Below the pieces are notes generated by a model. The model had not been told where the DNA came from. It ran no database searches and saw only the letters and a program-made list of their open reading frames with translations. DNA of 64,000 nucleotides from Trichoplax adhaerens (taxonomy: Eukaryota > Animalia > Placozoa), in assembly GCF_000150275.1 (NCBI RefSeq), contig NW_002060943.1, positions 1,354,832-1,418,831 of the forward strand. Direction: 5' to 3'. Shown here piece after piece: positions 53,490 through 64,000 of this stretch (positions within the stretch are counted from its first letter, which is position 1; each line of letters starts with the position of its first letter). The position numbers were made by a program, and so were the translations under genes.

Positions 53490-55972
53490 TTAAGGATACA
53501 TTGTAAAGTCTATCTCCGAAATGGGTATAAATTCGAGTCTATTAGGCACGGAAAAATTTTCTTCATCATCATCTTGGAAATTTTCCGATGGATTCGCACG
53601 TCCCTGTTTTGATTCGTCCTCTGCTTTGTCCAAGGCAACAGTTGAAATTTCTTTTTCTTTATCGTTTTCCCTTTCTACACTGGCGGTATCATTTTCACTA
53701 TCAGAATCTTCATCGCTGTATGCAACGAGTCCAGGTATTTGCTTCTCTGTTTTCTCCGATAAAACATTGGCACTATCATCGACACCATTATTATCATTAT
53801 CTTGTGCAGCAATCCAATCAGATATGGAATTAAAATCGACTTGTCGGACAAAAGCTTCGCGCGTAAAGTAACCCTATGGATATTTAAAATGTTCAATTTT
53901 TTTATAAATTATACGATTGCAATCGAAGAAAACATTAGTCATCCATTCATCATACCAGCTACAGTCTACAATGACTTTGTTAAGCACAAGCAAGCATTAC
54001 ATAAATATATATATATATATATATAGCCCTTCATCATGCATCATGCCATCACCATCTTTCAAACTACATCACTACTGTAGCTAAGCTGAATTCACACCAC
54101 AATGAAGAAATGATGTGTAATACTATTTACAGTAATTTAATAGTAGCTATTATCATTTGCTTACAGCTTTACTCCAATTTAGCATAGTTCTAGTATCGTA
54201 GGGGCCATGTACCTAAAACAATAACATAATTGTTAGACGTGTGATAACTAATACAAAGTTTCTTTATGATTATCTTCAAAATTATAATAATAAAGTGATG
54301 TTGGTATATCCAATGCAAAAGCCAACCTCAGCATCTTTATCAGAAGACCATTTAAACTCCCATTGCAACGTGGGGCCTACAGAATTTTCTGCTTCTTTGG
54401 CTTTTCTTTTCTCTTCTCTCTTTGCATCACGTAGCTAATAGCAAGAATCATAATTACTTCTATATTCTAATTTGATCGATAGTAAACCAGGTAAAGTTAG
54501 TCAGACACAGCAGCGTACGAACTTCATCAAACTATATCACCTACCGCTTTAGGTTGCCACTCTACAGCACTAACGTAAATATTCCTTCCATCTAACCTCT
54601 AAGAGTGTAGAATGATAAATTTATCAAGCATTATCAAAGTTATCCTCTTATACAAAAGATGTTTGATTTTCAATTGTAGACGCATTGTAGCTTACCGGAT
54701 AATTCATGGCACACCATTTGCGACAATGGAGAGCTACATGAAAGATAAAGCATTATGATATCCCTTTTTCTGATTGAGTTGTAATGATCCACAGTAGAGT
54801 ACAGTAGATCCATCAGTCTTATTTAACTCAATATCAACGATGGCTACACATGAATACCACCATGACGTCACTGTTGGCTAAATTGTTGTTGATGTACAGT
54901 ATGAGACTAATTCAAGTTGCTATAGCTATTTCTGCTTGGGAAAGAATAATATCCACTGCTGATACTAGTCACTTGTACAAAAAAGTCATGATAGTATTAT
55001 ACAGGTAAGAAATGGTAGTATTGAAGTAACAATGGTGTATTGCGTATTTTAACTGACCTTCTTCTGCTGACGAATAAGTCACAAATGCAAAGCCTTTGGA
55101 ATTGCCTGTGTCATGATCTTTAATAATCTTGATATTGGAAAAAAAAATCATTTACTATTATTATCATTTCGTAGAAACAGACTGACAAAGAGCTAAAAGT
55201 AGGTAAAAGGAGTAAAGTGATATGTTGCAATCAAGCAGTCTTGTTCTATGTTAATATGACGTTCAGATCAGTTGTTGATTGTAGGAGTCACCTTAGCATC
55301 CATAAGTTTACCAAAGGAAGAGAAATAATGTGCCAAGGATTCTATATTAATGATGGGCATAAACATCATCCTAGTTAGGACATTATCCTAAGCAATTTGT
55401 AGTGATGGTTATGGTCTATTCTCGAATGAATATGAAGGCAACTGTACCGAATTTCTCTCAACTTGTTGAATCATAATATGACATAACCTCTATATACAGG
55501 TATCCTTTTATCATGACAATATTGTAGTACAAGATACAAGCTCACCTAAGGTAGTATCCCACGACAGATTGCCAATAAATAATTTGGCTGCTGGATCAAC
55601 TATTATTTGGATATTAATACAATATGTCGATTAAGGCAAAGAATTAGCAATAGAAGCTTCTACTGATAACGAGTAGTGCATTCATCAAGTCTGTATAGCA
55701 TTATTTCAAGTCATTGCTTGTCGACATTGGTTGATAACAAGAATGATAGAGGTCAATCTGTTATGGAGAACAGCTGATTGCAAGGTTATTGATTAGCCTC
55801 TATTGCCTATCTTACATTTAAGCCTTTTTCCACTGGTCAAAGTCTCTGCATTATGCGTTTGAGGATGGAGAGGTGCGCTGCGTTTAGCAGCCAGTGGACC
55901 ATTTGCGTTTTCATCGTTTGCACTACGTTTGGTAGCGGTGTACTTCTTATAGCTATAACTGAAGGTAGACAT
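53490..55972 (-). CDS. RRM + CD2BP2-type GYF domain protein, ~320 aa, 9 exons
   Basis: Exons 55972-55816, 55599-55546, 55341-55292, 55127-55058, 54733-54696, 54598-54545, 54434-54327, 54212-54165, 53873-53490 are all GT-AG and phase-consistent. RNP2 KLFIGNL, RNP1 KGFAFVTY, LDGRNIYV; then WEFKWSSDKDAEVHGPYDTRTMLNWSKAGYF and C-terminal EFIPISEIDFTMYP. Confidence 0.82.
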
Positions 55973-56054
55973 GTTGGTTGAATGATGTCTCTCCAGCAAT
56001 CTCTTGCAGCAAATTGGCTTCCTTGGCCACCGGATCGACCGCACTTGCTGCTCT

Positions 56055-57172
56055 GTAGAGTACAGTACAGAGTGCAAGTTTGTACCGTAGAGTACAGTAC
56101 AGTACTGTACACAGTCCTGTGCGGTGTTGTTACTGCACTGTACTGTACAGTACAGTACACTGTACTGTTCAGTACAGTACTGTCAATCCAGGACCCGGGA
56201 CGGACCGGGATCAATCTTCTGGAGCCTCTAAACAATGTACAGTACAGTACAGTGTACTGTAGACATTACTGTACACTAGTGTACAGTACAACAACAATGT
56301 GATTTGTCGAATACTGTACTGTACAGTACATACCGTACAGTACAGTACAGTACTGTACTGTACTACAGTGCTGTACCGCGTGAACCGGTTCGAATCAGAG
56401 TACTTTAAGGTGCCCTAAAATCACAAGAGTGAATCAAAATGTAATAAAAATTATACGAATATAAAGCTGAATAACTTGGCTTTTTAATTTCATTGATTAA
56501 AATGAGGTTAATTAAGTAACTTTTACGTAATATTGTACATAGACTGTGCAATAAGTACAGTACTGTACCCTAAAGGCAAGAAGGAGAACCTACAGTACTG
56601 TACACTGTACAGTGTAGAGTACTATCAATCTAGGACCCGAGACGGACCCGGGATAAGGTACAGTACTGTACAAGTGTACAGTATGTACTGTACATTCACA
56701 CGATGAATTTTTTACAGTACTGTACTGTACTGGATTGATGATTCAAAACTTTTTGCAGTGAACTCTACAGTACTGTACTGTACAGTACAGTACAGTATAT
56801 GAAATCACTGAAATCACGAAGGCTCAAGAAAAAAATTCACCCCTTTTGCTCAGCGCTACAGTACTGTACACTGTACTGCACAGGACATACTGTACTGTAC
56901 AGTACGTTCATGTCATACTGATAATCTATCATCGGAGATATCCTTCTAAGGGTATACTGTACAGTATACTGTACAGTATGTCGTATAAATGTCACATTCA
57001 ATGTAAATACTAGACAGCAATTTCAAGGGAATACTGTACAACTTGGATTTTGGAACGAAAGGGAGACATCGAAAATAATCAGATTGTACAGTACAGTACT
57101 GCACAGCAGAGTACAGTACACTGTACTCTACTCTACTGCAGTGGACTGTAAACCAGCATCATTGTACTGAAC
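56055..57172. repeat. Clustered TACAG/CTGTA pentamer and TACAGTACTGTA palindrome array in the divergent intergenic region
   Basis: Dozens of tacag, agtac and ctgta units in both orientations; the self-complementary 12-mer TACAGTACTGTA occurs repeatedly (e.g. ~56556, 56591, 56659, 56713, 56766, 56857). Confidence 0.9.
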
Positions 57173-57450
57173 TGCTTGCGCACATGGGCAGTACGCTACA
57201 GAAGCTTCACGTCACCAGGGCACGATTGCACCATGCTTCAAATCGGCTTGATAGACGAGCATGTGCTCTCGGCCTACGATGCCTGATGACTAGCGTACCG
57301 GTAACGTCAGTCAAGGCGGTAGTGAGGCTACCAGTGACGTCGGTAGTGACAGTGACTCTTGCAAGGGATGACTGGGTAGGACGATGACTTGAAAGAAGGG
57401 TCATACCACTCTGAGGTCTAGCGCATATCATTATCATTACGATATTGAAA

Positions 57451-60400
57451 ATGGCGTCGGCTGGCGGTCAAGGGAGTCCTCAATTTCCTGGAGGTTTAGC
57501 TCCTCCGCCTCCAGCTGCAAATCCCAGTCATCAATCTGGGCAACAGGATGCAAATGCTGCTAATGGATCGAATAATACACTGAACAACGATTGGGTATGT
57601 CCGGGTTCATTCGAAGAATTACATAAGAAATGCAAAGGTACGAACTCGCAAGACACCATTTCTCCATAAGCATCCTTATACTTTTTGGTGAATTGGAGAC
57701 ATGGATAGAATAAATCAATAAGTCAATTGCAACTTCAACTCTGCCTATGGATATAAGTTTAGCGTATTGTATAGGACATTGCTGATGATAGACGTTAGGC
57801 AAGAAGAGCGCAATCGTCATGTTACAGTAAAAGTCACTTTGATGATGCCACAATGATCGCCAAGACTGCTTGTGCAACAACACCAGTAATATCAGTCAAC
57901 CCCCTGATTTAGTCCATGCTAATCATGATTGCTTGTAGGTAACCGTTATCATAGGCCGATGGTAGTCTTGTTACCTATCTCTCATAGTAACATCCATATT
58001 CCAATGAGTTCATGACTCTGCTATGGTTGCTTTCAAATACTTTCCTTCATATTCCACAGTTGGAAGATGAACTCATACATTCCGTTTTCAATGGAAGTTA
58101 TTGGCCAGTACAGTAGTTTGTTTTCATTAGGCAACTTAGCATAGTGTCATAGTCCATCCGCTGCTGTCTACAGTAGATACGAATAAGGTAATGATTCCAA
58201 TTGAAAATCGACCATGTAATCATGATTTCGCTAGCATCATGACTACTAAGATGCTCGTAACTAGTTTTAGGCGAGCCTGTGCATAGGCTCGATCTTACTA
58301 TTTCAACCTACGATACAAATCTCCTGTTGCCAAATAAATAAATTAGCCTAGGATATCAGCAGAATAGGACGTGCTGAACATGACATTGATATGCCTTAAG
58401 CCAATAGGTTAGCACGCAATAGCTGACTTAATTACTGATCGATCCGAATGTGGTAGAGATTGGCCTTAGCCGTTACACCAGACCTTCCCATTGCATATCT
58501 GCTACTGTATTCTGTAACAACGCTTAGCTTGATGACTTTCTGAAACTTAATATTGAACTACCATGTCGTCGAGTTACAATTTTAATCTTACTTGTTGCTG
58601 AATCGCTACATAGTGATGGAACATCTCTATTAATACCGCTTGCCATCATCAAAACTCACATTCATAGTATATCCTGTACAAGTGAGGAGTTTGCTGTTTT
58701 TCGATACAGATTTGCAATTAGTATAATTAGTTCTTTATAAAGCCAAGTCTACATGACAATCTAGAATGAAACGGATCGCTCATGTTTTCACCTTAATTGC
58801 AATCTAGACGTGTATGTAAATGACTGCTAACAAATGTGATAGCGGTGCGAGTAAAGTATCATCAGCGACGCCATCCAATGAAGATCTGTTAAAATTAATT
58901 GTACAATATAAAGCCGTAAAGTATCGAGGCCGGTAGTTTTACCTTTGTCCAGTTTGTTCAGTATAACTTGGTTGCTTACGATGTCAATTGTGCTACAAAA
59001 AAAGTACATGGTCTTGTTTAACCTTAGCTTTACTCAAACGTTATTTGTAACATGAATCTACTTGTACAGTACATGGTAATTGTATATTCACATTGCACAC
59101 ATCATGGCATCATATCGTACGCCTAGATAACTTTTAGATCACTTCAAATAGTACATAAGATGATGGCATGTTAATGTGTAACAGTTGGTACTGAATGTTG
59201 ATGATATCGCTTTTTAATCTTTTCCCATAACTTGACTTTTTCAGACTTAATGCCACAACCTTTTGAGGGTTGCAAACTACTCATTAATAAAGGTCTTAGT
59301 AGTCACTTTCAAGTCAATCATAGCATCCATTTAAGTTCAGCAAACAATTCTTCCTACCATTTCGGTGCAACTTACGTTGGTAATAAGCAGCTGTCCCCTA
59401 CGGAGGTTTTACAATTTCTAAATTAAGACATTTGTGTTTCAATGAATAGTATGCAAAGAAATGGCATTTCGCTTAACTGACATCATTGATATTATTATTA
59501 CCTATTATCTTTTAAAGGCGTTTCCTGTGCTTGTTGGAGACATGGATAATAATTATAATTTAAACGCTCAGATAATTCATGAAATTGTCCACGGTTTGAG
59601 AACCAAATGTGTCATTCAGGTAAACTCAAGTAAAGAATTGAGAAAATTAAATGATAATTTTGATATGAAAGGAAATGGGAATATTTATAAAAACACATTG
59701 AGTACTTGCATCTATAATATACTGTCAATTTTAATTCAATCCAATGCAATAATCACAGACTCAGAAAGCTGTATGGCAAATGGCTCAGCTAGGTCTAGAT
59801 TACCGTGGTAAAGATTTTGTTGCTAGCGTTACAACAGCAAATCCTAATATTATCGATGAATCTGGTGTAGTAGCCTTTCATTACCTGCAAAGCATTACTC
59901 GGAAGCTTTGTTTAGGAGCTGAATATTTATATCAGTATGGTGGTGGGATGGAAGGAGCAGTACTCTCCCTAGGCGGTCGATATACAGGTAAGAGATAAAT
60001 ATTATTGTCTTCACGTCATAGGCAGCTATTCGCAATGCAAGATACACCGTTGAATACAGTAGTTGGATTGTGAATGAATATAGCCATCAACCTCAACTGT
60101 AGTCATGCAGAGACGTTAGGAGGATTATAAGTAAAAATTTCTATATATCGATTGTTTTATTTAACAGGAAAAAATTGGATTGCTGCTGCAACTGCTAGTG
60201 GCATGAACGTAAATATGACTTACTATCATATTGGGAACGAATCGGTTCGTGCTGGAGTCGATCTTGACGTTAATCTTAGAACAAGGGAAAGTGTAGTTAG
60301 CTTAGGTTATGAATTGGACGTCCAAAAAGCAAACATGACCGTAAAGAATTCAATCGATAGCAATTGGACGATAACGTCGGTGATAGAAAAGAAATTACTA

Positions 60401-60487
60401 CCTATGCCGTTTACTTTAACACTTAGTGGCATACTCAACCATGTATCAAATAAATGCCAATTTGGTGTTGGATTTATTGTTGGATAA
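57451..60487 (+). CDS. TOMM40: Mitochondrial import receptor subunit TOM40, ~332 aa, 5 exons
   Basis: Exons 57451-57637, 59245-59405, 59518-59619, 59759-59987, 60168-60487. Motifs [71 protein letters not shown] and the terminal beta-signal FGVGFIVG. Confidence 0.96.
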
Positions 60488-61343
60488 TGGAAATATTGTA
60501 GATCCTTGACTTCTATTATTGCACACTGTATCTTAGGATGTTGGTTCATCACCGCATGTGAAATTGGTTTCAGGTTCAAGTAACGTAAATTAATTTGTAA
60601 TTACCATCATGTCACTTTGACTAACAGCGCTTCCGGTTCTTCCATATATCTTATACATGAATCGTCAATTTTTTTGCCAGTCTTACAAGATGGACCTGAA
60701 TTGTTGGATTGTGCTTGTATTTTTATGTTTATTTTATAATTTGAGCTTCTATTCAAATCTGGAGAAACATTTTCTTTTGACCAATTTAGAGGAAATGTAA
60801 TATAAAATTAAAAAATTGCTTGCTACTTCAGCTAAAACTACCTTACTCGTGCATTGTCTTCTTTACATGACTCATTTATTAATGCATGCAATAATGTGGA
60901 AATACCAATTTATGCAGCCCATCATCATACTGTATTGCCTTACTGTATGGCCGTCTTGTTTGCTAGAGTGAACTTTTGCTAAGGATGGTAATTTATTTAT
61001 TCGACGAGTCGGTTTGTAGATGAAGAACTAATTTTGGCGTCATCGTTCTTTCAAGTCGTTGTAGGAAATATCATGCATAAGAAGAGGACAAATTCGCTCT
61101 ACTGTAAACTTATTCTAAATACGCGTATATACGATATCATCTTGGAGAAAGGTTGAAGGCATGACCTCTTTAGTAGAGATTTCCAATAAAACCTTCAAAT
61201 AGTTTCTAAATAATTTAAGATGCAAATCCGTTAGATGCCCCCTATTCCATGGCCATCCATAGAAATTGACTCACAATCAGCGTTCCGATATACAGTATCT
61301 CATCATATTAACTACTATCGCTGGTTAGTCTCTTTCAGTTGTC

Positions 61344-61544
61344 TTTTCGTCAGCCATAGTGTTTGATTCAGGTATCTATATTGGAAACCATATCATTTCA
61401 AGTTCTGTCGCCTGTTCGTCTCCTTGACATGCTTTTTCGTTAGCCATAGTATTTGATTCAGGTATCTATAATGGCTACTGTATCATTTGAAGTTCTGTCG
61501 CCTGTTTGTCTCTATCAGTTGCATTTTCGTTGGCCATAGTATTT
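61344..61544. repeat. Tandem repeat, ~2.3 x 90 bp
   Basis: ttttcgt..gccatagt.tttgattcaggtatctata.tgg....tatcattt.aagttctgtcgcctgtt.gtctc at ~61344 and ~61434, with a partial copy at ~61524. Confidence 0.88.
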
Positions 61545-61833
61545 TAGCCTGAATCATGGAGATATAACCTTCTATCTCCATGATCTGAATACTATATCTT
61601 AGCCTACCCTAGTATACTGCCATGGTCGTAATTGTCCAGTCTCGACATTGTAGTTTCTGTCTTGGCAACACTACAGTAATAATCATACTGTAGTAAGTGA
61701 TGGCCTGTGTTATTTTATACAGCTTTGTTAGTAAACAGCACGCTTTGGCAGAGGACGGCCATTCACTATATATTTCATATCGTGCTTTGACCTATACTAT
61801 ACACTGAATAGTGTCTTGTATAAAAGTAGCCTC

Positions 61834-61846
61834 GTAACCTAGTAAC
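61834..61846. promoter_or_regulatory. RFX X-box-like site upstream of the JHY homologue
   Basis: GTAACCTAGTAAC (reverse complement GTTACTAGGTTAC). Nearby are a half-site CTTGGCAAC (61661-61669) and a forkhead core GTAAACA (61731-61737). Confidence 0.5.
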
Positions 61847-62641
61847 AAAGCCTGCGGGGGAACTCCGATGCAATAACGTTTATATGGTATAGTATTAACA
61901 ATATCGCGAGTACTTTAAGCTCGATAGTTAATGTAGACGCCTTTTAACCTACTATCCACTTACTTAGCTATTTATTGCACTATCATAGCGATTCATTGCA
62001 GCACGAATGCTGGCAGTTCCTATCTAAGCGACATACTCGTACTTCACCGTGCGCTGTGGAATATGTGCCAACAGAAAGATGTAAATAACGCAAATCGATG
62101 ATCGAATGTCAATCACGATAAAGGGTACAATCTTTATTCTGTGGATACCGCTGCTATGGTAGCCTTAATATTGCTTAAATAACCCTGAAGGAAAGAAATG
62201 TAAGTTTAGTACCAATTAAAGCTCTGATCGAGAACACTGATATACTTTGAGAAGTAGTTCTGATGATTTTGGTTTGAAAGAAATCAATTGTTGTAGACTG
62301 TTTTGACATTAAACGCAATATTATCAGATTCAATAGGACATTCACAAATCTTTAAAAATATTTACGATTGGGATATCTTGTTCGATTAAAGTAGTAGATC
62401 CATGAAAATAGTGTTTTATGCCTTTACTATATATAAGCTTAATACATGTGAATTATAATGTTGACATCAGATAGAAGTACCATCAAGGCCTTAAGGGTGT
62501 GCTAGCCGAGATATAATTTGCTCATCACATAAAAAGGCTTAATAAAAATAAGCACCATTGGTACATCGGTTTAGTCAAGTTACTCACTATTTCATATTTC
62601 TTTTCCAATTCATTACACAAAATATAATTGCAGAAGGCGAT

Positions 62642-63699
62642 ATGGCTGAGTGGAATCAAAGACAAGAATTATCATATATGACTGATAGTATACCTATAAA
62701 TACATCGATAATTTCCAGTAGCAGTAACAACGAAGATATAGGCAAGAGGTACCATAAAGTGTATGCATATTATCCAATTTTGTCTCGTTTATAAAAGTTG
62801 CAATTTGCTCTTCCTAAATGTAATTATGGTTATACTATACTTCAATCGCTAGTCCTATTCAGAAAGACATCAATTCTCAGAATAAGACATCAGAAGTTGG
62901 CAATCAGTATGTCTATTCTAGAACAAAACCAAAAAGTTACGCATTTATGCATATGAAAAAAAAATTAAAAGATAAAAATAATAAAACATGTAACGACACC
63001 AATAGTATCGATGGCAAAACACTCAATTCGCCAAAGAGGGAAATTCAATTCTCATCCAGAGCGAGCACTCTCTCTAATCAAGACATAATTCTTACTGATG
63101 ATAACGGTGAAAGAGAGTCTACATGGAATTATACAAGCCAACCCCCAACTCAAGTACCGGCACATATTAATCCGAAAGTTTACGAAGAATATGATAATGT
63201 ATACGACTTCGAGCCAAATAATGAATCATTTAATTATGATTATCATTTAGATGAATACCCTAATGAATATAACGATATGGAGAACAGCAACACACCAACA
63301 AATGCCGACTTAAATGTTAGCTATTCTTCCGTAGGTAGTAATATTAGAACATATCGATCAGATCATAGCACAGGGCAAGAATCCAACTACAAGCCATACA
63401 ATTTGCAAGATTATAAACGTATTGCTGACAAAAGTAACAAACTAGGAGGGTTAGGTCCAGATAAACTAAATAATGAATACCAAGAAAAGGTATATGAAGT
63501 GTTATCTAATGCTGAATTATAGCTCTTGTACATCACGCTGATCTTTGATCTATATAACATGTAGCAAGAACGGGCTTTCAAGCAACAAGAATATGCAAAA
63601 TTAATCCGTCAACAACATTTGAAGGAGAAAAAACGCTGGATTAGTAGAAACGCAAATAAGGAAGCTAATAATCAAAATCAACTATCAAGAGCGAAATTG
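62642..63699 (+). CDS. JHY: JHY (C11orf63)-like ciliary protein, 3' partial
   Basis: Exons 62642-62748, 62853-63489, 63565-63699, followed by a GT donor with no stop reached. A low-complexity N-terminus precedes YKPYNLQDYKR..KLGGLGPD..QQEYAKLIRQ, matching the recalled conserved C-terminal JHY motif. Confidence 0.72.
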
Positions 63700-64000
63700 G
63701 TATGGCAATATTGATCAATTATATATCATATGTTACTAAGGACTTTTAAATTGAATGAAAGCATACGTACAAACACATACCCGTATGATTGATTTTGTAC
63801 TATTACAAGCATATATTGCAATTGCAAATTATTTATAGATTATGTCTTATAGCTTTCTTGCATCTTTAGAAAATCCTCCGATCGTGCATTATCTAGTATT
63901 TCGAACTTCTGTAACTAAACCTATACTTTATAATGCTTACGACATGAATTTAGGTACTATTGAAAAGAGAACTATTACTGTAGTGCTGCAATTCATCGAA

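Noticed and set aside
53521-53871. 116-aa Ser-rich + strand ORF
   Set aside because: Antisense shadow of the acidic last exon of the RRM-GYF gene.
55837-56302. ORFs of 132, 106 and 60 aa rich in TVQYSTVLY
   Set aside because: They are translations of the TACAG/CTGTA repeat array, which happens to lack stop codons.
56380-56400. GGTTCGAATC B-box / tRNA T-loop-like word
   Set aside because: No cloverleaf or A-box upstream; flanked by pentamer repeats.
57184-57437. Overlapping 67- and 76-aa ORFs upstream of TOM40
   Set aside because: A GC-richer promoter or 5'UTR segment yields chance ORFs; no recognisable motifs.
57839-57907. TGATGA...CTGA in TOM40 intron 1 as a C/D snoRNA
   Set aside because: No terminal stem or recognisable rRNA guide; such words are frequent in AT-rich DNA.

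Overview
AT-rich, intron-dense eukaryotic (animal) genomic DNA. Short GT-AG introns, a single-exon divergent GPCR and compact gene spacing resemble a placozoan (Trichoplax-like) genome; this is an inference. I hand-spliced nine protein-coding genes: a single-exon class A GPCR (-), then a ~15 kb gene-free stretch, an 8-exon ankyrin-repeat gene (+), IGHMBP2 (-), CENATAC/CCDC84 (+), a 17-exon DNAAF8/DAAP1-like gene with degenerate NDK-like domains (-), an NCAM/Fasciclin-II-like receptor with 2 Ig + 4 FN3 (-), an unusual RRM + CD2BP2-type GYF protein (-), TOM40 (+) and a partial JHY homologue (+). Non-coding sequence carries many local degenerate tandem duplications, RFX X-box-like sites upstream of the two ciliary genes, and a TACAG/CTGTA palindrome array with a GGACGGAC motif in divergent promoters. 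The most novel-looking item is the RRM-GYF fusion, whose GYF domain is split by a long acidic insertion; it is largely invisible in the ORF track. No rRNA, tRNA, CRISPR array or transposase was recognised. All family assignments come from motif recall, not database searches.
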